A stretch of 64,000 bases of DNA from Monocercomonoides exilis PA203 (lineage: Eukaryota; Protista; Preaxostyla): assembly GCA_001643675.2 (NCBI GenBank), contig LSRY02000055.1, positions 62,001-126,000 on the forward strand. Reading direction: 5' to 3'. The notes beneath the pieces were generated by a model. It did no database searches. It worked only from the letters and a program-made list of their open reading frames with translations, and was not told where the DNA came from. This document shows positions 51,015-61,000 of this stretch, one piece after another (the stretch's first letter is position 1; every line of letters starts with the position of its first letter). Position numbers and translations under genes: made by a program.

Positions 51015-52539
51015 TAAATTGTTTGGAATTAATAACTCAAAAATTTCATTTTTTAATATTTTCATCGTTTCATTTTTCAACAAGAAATTGAGTTATTTTG
51101 CATTAGCCATTTTCCATGACTTCGAAATGAGACAAAACAATAAACAATAAAAAGGAAAAGAACACAGCCATGAAATGAGAAATATTCATTATTGGGTCAA
51201 AAAACTCTCATCTAGTTTCTTCAAAAGTTTTATAAGGGATGTTAGAATAGAAAAGATGTGAAGTTGCCATTGGTTCCAAAACCTGGTCCTTTCACAAAAC
51301 CCGGAACTTCAAATGAAACTGAACAGTGAATGTTTTTTTTGATTTTTTGGAATTCACTTTTGTGGTTATCATTTGTTGAGCAATCAATGATATTAACTGT
51401 TGCATGTTTGTGTTCAAACGGTTTCAAAGCTGACGAAATGATTGTGAAACCTTCAAGTGATAAAGAAATTCTCAAAAATCACTTCTTTGCAAATAGTTAA
51501 ATTTTTTTGAACAGAAATAAAGAAAAGGTGAGCAGATGATTAAACAAATGTTAAAAGAATTTTCATTTCACAATTCATTTTTCCCTTCTTGCATTTTCTT
51601 TTAAATAAAGTTGTTTTCACTTGTCCATTTCTTTTCGTGTGATAAAAAGAAATAGACACATGGCGCATAGAAAACATATTTTTCCCTTGTTGCTTTCAAA
51701 TGTTTTTCATTTTTTCTGACTTTTATGATTGAGATTTCAAGTGCTTCTTTCACTGAAACTTTGTCATCTTGAAGAATATCCAACATTTGTTCATTTTCTG
51801 TGTATGTGCATCCGAAAATAGGATTTTTGAATTCATAATTGTAACTTTCTCTTTTATCATTGTGTTCATGCTTTATCCTCAGAAAACTTTTTATGTAACT
51901 TACCATTTTGAATTGCTTCTTTATTTATGCCAAGCGGTTGTGCAAGAAATTCATCTCTCTTTGTTTGTGCTGTGTGTTTTCGGTGTTATCTGATTTTTAT
52001 GCTTTTCGTTATTCACAAAAATTCGTTAATTTTTATCCACTTTCTTCTACATTGAATGGTTTCCGAATTATTCCGTTAGCAGATCCGAAGATGATCGAAT
52101 CACATTTTGGATGCAACAGATTTATTTTGATGATCCAAAAACTCGAGATAAAACTTCAGTTGCTGTTCCTGGTCAAACACATGTTTTCAAAAAAGAATTT
52201 CTGATTGCAGAAAATTGAATTGTTGCAGCAATAACATCCAGAAAAATATTTGACAGGAAAACCTTTTTGCATGCAATGTTAATAGATGATGTTTTTGAAT
52301 TTGTTTTGGACAAGATTTTTCTTCGAAAAAATACTTCTGAATTGAGGTTGAAGAAAATGAGTAATCCAAAGAGGAAAATTCTTCAAAATTTTATTTTTGT
52401 TATTTACAGATGAAAAAACTTCCAGTCAAAATGGTTTTTCATGATTATTCACCAATTATTAATCTCAACGAAAATGAGCAAACTTTTCCTTTTTTTTTTG
52501 TTGGCATTAATTAATCATTGATAAAAATAACTTGAATAA

Positions 52540-52781
52540 ATCATATGTTGTCCATTCAAAAAATTCGGTTCGAAAATATCCCTTGAATATCAACAAAAGA
52601 ATACTGAAAAATGAAAAGGATTTAAAAAAAATTTCTTTATCTTTATTTAAGCTTCAACATTTGTTTTGACAGCAGTTATGAAAATATTAGGCATTTTAAA
52701 AACAAAATCACTTCCGAAAAACAAACAACGTTTGAAAAACCGACACCCCGAAAAAAGTTATGATTTCAAAAATAATCACCC
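52540..52781 (-). mobile_element. Third, more diverged copy of the GGGTGATT MITE
   Basis: CATTCAAAAAATTCGGTTCGAAAATATCCCTTGAA ... CCCGAAAAAAGTTATGATTTCAAAATAATCACCC|ATAT matches the 28182-28440 orientation. Confidence 0.65.
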
Positions 52782-52964
52782 ATATGTAACGAACTGAATG
52801 ATGAAATTTGACATTCTCATCGGACATAATAAAAGGTGAGTGGTGAGTTGTTCGTTTTGTTTCTTTTCATTGTTTATTTTTACACACACACAAAAAAAAA
52901 TAATAAATAAATAGAATATTTCATTTGAATAAACAATTATTGTTTGTTTTTGAACGTTAAAATA

Positions 52965-53408
52965 GATAATAGACAGATATCGCATAAAATACTAGACAAG
53001 ATCGATTTCACAATAATTACAAAAGGAATAATTTTGACAATTTTCCTCAAAATACATCTCATCAATACAAACTCATTTGATATTCAAAACTTTCAAAGAA
53101 GCTTCATTTGTGCTCAGAGAAAATTAATATCGAAATTTCGGAAAAACTCCAAAACTCATTTCTCCGAGATTTCAATAATAATTTTTTTCTGAGCACAAAC
53201 GAAAATGTTTTGAAAGTTTTGTTTATCAAAAGAGTTTGTACTGATGAGATATATTTTGAGGAAAATTGTCAGAATTATTCCTCTTGCAGCTATCGTGAAA
53301 TAGATCTTGTCCGGAATTTAGTGCGGTGTCCGGTATTTTTTGTACAAATTGTATTTTCGAAATTTTCAACACCCCGAAAAAAAGTTATGATTTAAAAAAT
53401 AATAACCC
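52965..53408. mobile_element. Foldback element (arms about 180 bp, centre about 53150) ending in the same ...TAATAACCC|AT terminus
   Basis: GACAAGATCGATTTCACAATA...TTGACAATTTTCCTCAAAATACATCTCATCAATACAAACTC pairs with GAGTTTGTACTGATGAGATATATTTTGAGGAAAATTGTCA...TCGTGAAATAGATCTTGTC. The terminal 40 bp are nearly identical to 52744-52783. Confidence 0.7.
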
Positions 53409-54149
53409 ATGTGCATTTCAAACGCAACAAAATCGATTGTTTTTAACCAAGTTTTCCATATCTGAATAAAAACTATTGGATTTGCTTCGGAAATTGTATA
53501 ATAAATACTTCAATAAATCATTAATTTTATTTCCCTGTCAAAAGAAATAAGCATATTTTCCTAACTGTTGATGGGCTGAGTTTTCATGATAATGGCAAAC
53601 GCGGTTTTCTTTTTTGCACATATGCAATTGATTAGTGATAATATTCATTTTTTCATAAAACATCCAAACCGTTTTGGCTTTATATATAGAAAAACGAAGG
53701 TCATTGCTTATGATGATTAACAATATATATAGCAGACAGTCATTTGATGAGACTATTTTTTTTGGTGATTTGTGAAAAATTAAGGGGCAGAGATGAAAAC
53801 GGCCGAATGAAAAATTTGTGTTTGCCAAAATGCCATAGATCTGGCTGCGGACAGTTTTGACATCTACAAACATCATCGAAATAGAACATAACCCACAAGC
53901 TTTGCAAGTGCAAAACGTACATTATAAACATATTTTTGTTTGCAAATAGCGTCAGATTCAGGTGAGAAATATTTTTGCTTGACATTTTGAATATTGTTTA
54001 AGACATTATTTGTTTTGTTGCTTTTGACTTTGGATGCGAACGAATGTTGATTAGAAACGATTGTACAGAAGAATGATGTTGGAATTCATAAAATTTGTGT
54101 TTGCTCGCGTTGGGGATTTCTTTTATTTATCGGAGAATTTTTTTTTTTG

Positions 54150-54621
54150 CTAAGGCTATTTTTTTGATAACTAAAAGCGGGTTCAAATCGAAGGAAAAAG
54201 GTGGAAGCGCGAAAAGAGGTGGAAATAAAATTGCTGGACTTGAGGAACATCTTAACAAGGGAAGTTTGCGAAGTTTTTTTCGAAGGAACGCATTGCCTTT
54301 TTTGAATTTTGAATGGGAAGAGAAAAAAGAAGCTTAATTGAGCGAGATCACTGAAAACATCCGAGACTGCCAGGAGCGTCACGATCTTATTTAGCGTGAG
54401 CATCGATCGGGCTTGGGCTTTTCAACGGACGGATTAATCGAAAAAAGGAGAGCTGGGAAAGATGAGGGTGAACGATCAGCGGGTTGTATCAGAAGCGAAA
54501 AGAGAATTTGGAGAGCCGAGAAGAAATATGTGTTGGAAGGAAAAAGAGATCAGAAAAGAAAAGAGAAGAAAAGAAAGAAACGAAGATCACATTGAAATTG
54601 GCAGTTACAGAAAGCTGTTTT

Positions 54622-54654
<33 letters not shown>

Positions 54655-55230
54655 TTTTTGAGTGTTTTGGGGTGTGGAATGGAGAAAATGCTGGGAGAGA
54701 TTTGCAGTGTTTTGAGGGAGGGCAGAGCAGAAGGAGGATATGAAAGAGGAATTTAAAGAGGAATTTAAAGAGGAATTTAAAGAGGAATTTAAAGAGGAAT
54801 TTAAAGAGGAATTTAAAGAGGAATTTAAAGAGGAATTTAAAGAGGAATTTAAAGAGGAATTTAAAGAGGAATTTAAAGAGGAATTTAAAGAGGAATTTAA
54901 AGAGGAATTTAAAGAGGAATTTAAAGAGGATATGAAAGAGGAATTTAAAGAGGAATTTAAAGAGGAATTTAAAGAGGAATTTAAAGAGGGTATGAAAGAG
55001 GGTATGAAAGAGGATATGAAAGAGGAATATTTGGAAAAGGTATTTTATTCAATTTGAAGGCGGCTGGAGTTGGAGTTGGAGTTGGAAGGCGAAATGACAA
55101 GAAAGTGGATGAAACAATTCGGTTTGGCTATTTCTGAGAGAGAGAGAGAGAGAGAGAAAGGGAGAAAGGGAGAAAGGGAGAAAGAAAGAAAGAAAGAAAG
55201 AAAAGAAAGAAAGAAAGAAAAAAAAAAAAA

Positions 55231-55271
<41 letters not shown>

Positions 55272-55300
55272 GATGTCATTGAGATGATCTGTTTCCTCAG
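54150..55300 (+). pseudogene. Copy E of the alpha-helical gene family, heavily degraded and interrupted by repeats
   Basis: Frame-shifted remnants ARKEVEIKLLDLRNI (cf. TRKNVEMALLAVSNA), LSEITENIRDCQERHDL (cf. LKEITEIIEHQQKHRNL) and VNDQRVVSEAKREFGEPRRNMCWKEKE (cf. VNELHFVREATRELEELARCVDWKKKE) occur in the correct order. Confidence 0.6.
54743..55030. repeat. 12-bp minisatellite GAGGAATTTAAA, about 24 copies (variants GAGGATATGAAA/GAGGGTATGAAA)
   Basis: Direct reading; produces the EEFK-repeat ORF. Confidence 0.95.
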
Positions 55301-56427
55301 CAGAGCATCTTGTTCTGGATTGTCTTCTTATGCAGCGAACAGCACTGCGAATGTGTTTGGAGAATAAAATGGTTTGAATTTCGCCTTTCAAAAAATAAAA
55401 TAAAATAAAAAATTCAATTTTTTTTCTTTTTTCTTTCTTCTTTTCTTTTTTTTTGCTATCTCACAACACCAAAAAAAAACAGTTTTCGAAGTTTATTTGA
55501 AAGCCTTTTGACTTTTTTTTTCTTTTTCCCCCTTTCATTTTCTTTGAAATGGAGCAAAACAACAACAAAAAACAAGAAATAAATAAAAAAAAAGAAAATA
55601 TTCAGAATCTATTCTGTTCTTTTCTCCATGAAAAAGAAAACAAAAAGAAAACAAATCAAAAATAACAAATGTTCCACACGTCAATGTTGCTGCTTTCATT
55701 CTTTGCAAAAGAGGCCTTCCGCCTTCACTCAGAACCTGTCCCTTCAGTCTGCTCCTCTTCTCCTCTTCTCCTCTTCTCCTCTTCTCCTCTTCTCCTCTTC
55801 TCCTCTTCTTCTCTTCCCTTCCTTCTTTTAAACATAAAGAGAAAAAGCACTCTTTCTGACCCCTCTTCTGCATCATCAAGAACAAATAAAAAAAAAAATA
55901 AAAAAAAAAAAAAAAAAGGAAAAAAAGGAATAACACTGCCAACTGGGTGTGGCTGCCTCCTGACCCACTCAAAAATTGCATCGCACTCTTCACTCTATCT
56001 ATCTATCGATCTATCTTGTCTCTCTCTGCGTCTTGTCTGTCTTATCTTATCTTGTCTTGTCTCGTCTCTTTATGTGTTTTGACTTGAATTGACTTGACTT
56101 GTCTTATCTTGTCTGTCTGTCTGTCTGTCTATCCATCCATCTATCCATCCATCTATCTTATCTTGTCTTGTCTTATTTTTTCTTTCTGTATGTTTTGTCT
56201 GTCCTGCTGGCTGCCTCTTCCACTTCCACTTCCACTTCCACTTCCACTTCCACTTCCACTTCCACTTCCTCTGCCTCTGCCTCTGCCTCTGCCTCTGCCT
56301 CTGCCTCTGCCTCTGCCTCTGCCTCTGCCTCTGCCTCTGCCTCTGCCTCTGCCTCTGCCTCTGTCCCCTCTCCAATGCTGATGTGCTGGAGTGATGCCAT
56401 CCCTCCTGCTCATTTGCTCATTAATCC

Positions 56428-56491
<64 letters not shown>

Positions 56492-56665
56492 CTCTTCCCT
56501 CTCCTTCCCTCTCCTTCCCTCTCCTTCCCTCTCCTTCCCTCTCCTTCCCTCTCCTTCCCTCTCCTTCCCTCTCCTTCCCTCTCCTTCCCTCTCCTTCCCT
56601 TCATCTCTCTTTCTCTTTCTCTTTCTCTTTCTCCCTCCCTCTCTCTTTCTCCTTCCTCCTCCTCC
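55130..56665. repeat. Simple-sequence cluster: (GA)n, (CTCTTCTC)n, (TCTG)n, (CTTCCA)n-(CTGCCT)n compound hexamer, (CTCCTTCCCT)n
   Basis: Direct reading: compound hexamer array 56217-56363, decamer array about 56495-56600. Confidence 0.9.
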
Positions 56666-58066
56666 ATGTGATATATCATCCTTAACTGCTCTCAACAGGG
56701 AAAATGAAGAAGAAGATGATGAAGCAGAAAACGTTTTGATGTTGATGGACATGTCTGATTGATGGAATTAGCAGGAAATTGGACAACAAAACGAGGGAAA
56801 AAACAATAACAAACAACAAACAACAAATAAAAATCACATTCTTCATTCATTTTCTATTTCATACGAAAAAAGAAATAAAAAATATTCTTTCTATTTCTTT
56901 TCTTTCTCTCTTTAAAAATCAATTTGTGCTGTTTTCACCTTCATTCGCCTTCTTCGTCGTTTTCTTCAGCTTTTTCTTCTTCTTCTTCTTCTTCTTCCTC
57001 TTCTCCTTCTTCTTCTTCCTCTTCCTTTCAAATAACTTTACCAAAAAATTCGCCAATCTCCATCTTGTTCGTCTTTCTTCCGCAAAATGCTTCAATCTCA
57101 GACTTTTCTGTGAATAATGAGATAAATATTCTCTTTTCGCCTCCATTCCATTTTTGCTCTTTGTCAAAATAAAAAAATATGAACGGTTCCAATAAACTCC
57201 CTATATCTCCATTCCTTGCCTTCATAAACGGCACTCGCAGTCCACCTTCGATATTCTCCCAAACAATCGCACATTCGTCATTTTATTCATTCTTGTTGTT
57301 TTCATTTCTCTGGGCTGATGGGAATCACAAAAATAATCAACACTCAAAAAATACAAAAACATAAATGTCAGCAAACATCAAACTTCCCTTCTCTTCCATT
57401 TTGCCAGCAGATGCTTCTTCGTGGAGCTGGCTTTCAAATTATTTCTTCAAATCAGAAAAAGAACGTCCAGCTGATTTGTTTCGCCTGTCCATTGTCTTTA
57501 AAATTAATAATAATATATTTCCCTATAATGGAGGATCTTAGCCAATTTCTCGCAGCAACAAATTTCATTTGGCACGCTTAATTCAATTATCCATAGGCCA
57601 AAAAAATATCAATAATTGACTATACAGAAATTAGAAAACAAATGAAATTGCCATTCATCTGCGCTTATGAACATTTATCATTCGAAATTAAAATCAATAT
57701 TGAAGAGATGGCAAATCAAACATAGCCCATCAAAGATGAAGAAAATGAACAATGTTAAGAAAATTGAAAGTTAAAAGAAATTATCAGTATAAAGATTATT
57801 TAATAATATATACAATAAAGTCACACCTCATTCAATCAAACGATTATAAAAAGTATTTAAAAATCATTCAACATTCATGAGGTTACAAATATGGTTAAAA
57901 AAATTCAAATGTTTCATTTATCACATAAATCGCTTAAATTCATAATATACAAATGAATGTAATTAAAACAATGAGATTTTCAAAAAATCGAAATTAATGT
58001 GGGAAATAAGATCCATCAAGATCAACAAGAAAATCAATTCATTTTTATCTTGTTATAAACAAGGTA

Positions 58067-61000
58067 ATGATTAAAATAGTGTATATGGCAATGTTTATGA
58101 GTATTTTTGGAATAAGTGTGTGCTTGAATGGAGAGTGGAATGAGAGTGTGGTATGTGGATGTATTTGTGCATTTAATTCGTCCGTTGAGTTGAGAGAGAT
58201 GATATTGACGAGGCATGAGCGTGGAAGTGTGGTGAGCGGTATGAGGGGGAGTGTGGTTGTGGTGAGGGGATGTGGTGTGGAGATGGGGAGAGGCAAGGAG
58301 GCGGGGGTGTTTGAGCTGGGCGGGTGCAGAGGGGTGTTTTGGAACATCACGCTGAGAGGGTTTGGTAGGGGAGGAAATGTGTGTGGGAGACTGTTTGGAG
58401 GAGAGGGGAGGATGGGGCAGACGGGGAATGAGAGAGAAGGTGGGGGAGGAAGAGTAAGAGGAGGATGGGGAAGAGGAGGAGGTAGAGGTGAAGGAGGAGA
58501 GAGAGGAGGACAACGAGGAGGCGGAGGAAGAAGAGGTGGAGAAGAAAGAGGTGAAGGAAGAGGAGAAGGAAGCGAAGGAGGAGGGAGTGTATTGGTGAGT
58601 GAGTCAGATTTCTCATCTTTTTGTGTTTCATCAGCCCCGTTTCTGGCACCTCCCCTGACACGCCTTGTATCTCTTTCCAAACTGACCTTCTTCAACATCT
58701 CCACAAATCCACAGAAAACAACACATCTGGCTGAAGGGCTGAGCCAAACATCATTTCTAATGAATGGGTGCACATTTTCATCAATTTGTGACGTATATGA
58801 TGGCGGAATTGTTCATTCCCTCAACAACCCCTATGCCTCCTTGACTGCCTCAAACACCTCATTCGTTGGGTGTTGTCGGAAAAGGAATGTTGAATGCACT
58901 GGAACTGAAACTAATAAGCTGACTCCAGGGAGACAGAATACAACAGAGAATGGAGCAAATTCATTCACTTGGTGTGAATGGAATGGATCGAAGACAACAG
59001 GAGAAATTGATTCTGTAACGGACGGGATATCGAGTGGAGGGGCGATTAACATGAATAATCTGGTATCAGGGGCACTTTCAGTAAAACATTGTACGTTTAA
59101 CGACTGCTATGCGTATTATGGTGGAGGGGGAATTATGTGCCATGAGATCAGTTCAATCAAGATCGAGAACAATTCATTTAATTCTTGTACTGCTCAAAGA
59201 GATAATGGAGGAGGGATTTATGCTTATAATATTACTTCATGTGTCAGGATCAGTGGATGCGAATTCCAGAAATGCAAATCATGTTTTGATGGAGGAGGTT
59301 TTTATCTTTCAACATTTCAGACTTCGGGATCTTCCTGTATTGGAACAGAAAGTGGCAAAGGGGAGAGTGCTTGTGTGTTTGAATGCTCATTTTCTTCATG
59401 TACACTCTCGAGCACCGGCGGTGGAGGGATGAATTGTTTTTTTATTCCAGCTGCATTCAAAATGAGGAGCCTCCAATTTATTTCGTGCTCTGCAGAATCA
59501 TATGGAGGAGGATTGTATTTTGTTCCATGTCAATCAACAGCACCAAGCAACAAGCTTTATTGTTATTTCTTCTTCTTCTACGATTGCAGCTGCAACGCTT
59601 CCACTCCATATGGCCACGATGTGTATTTTCAAGACAATTTCAATCACTTTTCATCGAATAACCCATTATGTGAATCGTACACAACGAATACTGATGAGAA
59701 GAGAGTCTGTTATGCCGACGATGATTGGGTGTATCAACACACAGAAAAGAAGGATTGGCTGAAGGAGGGGATGAAGGATCGGTATGTTGGGGTGAGTGGA
59801 GATGACACGAGCAATCTGTGTGGGATGAGTGAGTCAGCATCTTGCAAGACAGTGGGGCATGCGGTGAGTTCGAGCATGGCGCAGCTAACCTCGACAATCA
59901 CAGTGCTGGTTGGGAAGCATGTGAGTGAAGTGGAAACTATAAATGTTGGGGAAAAGAAGATTTCTGTTGTTGGGAGAGGGAAGACAGTGAGTGTGATTGG
60001 GACAAGTGTGCTTTCTACCTCTTCGACAACGCTGTTTAGCGTATCTTCTGGTCTTCTGGAGGTGGGGCATATGGGGATCGATCACAACGCGACAAGAAGC
60101 TCATCGCCTAGTGTGTTTGTGGTGTCTGTGGGGAGAGGAGCTCTTTTGCTGGAGGATGTGGTGATCGACTCTTCGACATCAGGAGGGAGTGGAATCTCGT
60201 CATCTGCGTTTGAAGTAGCTTTGAAGCAATTGAAGACGATTGATGTTGAGATCAAAAATATGAAAATATTACAGCCACTGCTTGTCGAACCATCATCAGC
60301 AGAATCATTATCAGGAGAAAGTGTATTGGCGAATGTGACAGTTCGAAATGTGAATCGGACTGAAGGAGATGGTGTTGTAATAGCAAAAAGTGTGAAAGGT
60401 GGAGAGACATTTGTAGTGTGGAATACAACGATGGAAGGATGTTTTTGCGAAAGTGGGAATGGAGGGGGAATAAAGGTTGAGTTAGAGGGAGTATCGAGCA
60501 AGGTTCTTATTGGAGATTCAACGTCACACAGCGGAGGGACAACAACATTTAATCGGTGCAAGTGCAGTGAATGTGGAGGAGGGATGCTTCTTTCTCTGGG
60601 AGATGCAGATGCATTGTTTGAGTTATCAGGAAATTTTTTATTTGATAGAAATGAGGCAGAATTTGGAAAGAACATGTTCATTTCAGCATCTGATCTGAAC
60701 AAAACAGTCACAAATGGATCGTTTAAGTTTGATTTCTCATCAATGAAGGATGACAAAACTTTGTTTGTTGGAAGTGATGATTTTCATTCAAACAAAGATT
60801 TGTTCATGTTTCTGATTCCATACAGCTCATTTGAGATATTTATCTCGTCGAATGGATTTGATGTGGTGCGTTGTGGAAATGAGGAAGAGCCATGCTTCAC
60901 GATGTGGAAAGGGATGGAAAATATGAAAGAGGGAAATAAAATAAAAACAATTCAAATTGAAGGATCATCTTTCATTCAAGATTCTTTTAATGTGTCCAAT

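Noticed and set aside
51242-53985. Short ORFs as a possible MULE or other transposase for the nearby MITEs
   Set aside because: No convincing DDE or Zn-finger motif; fragments are short and broken.
54740-56762. EEFK, RG, RQ/KW, LP and SA repeat ORFs (also 34400-35209 and 47121-47722)
   Set aside because: They are translations of mini- and microsatellites, open in several frames by construction.
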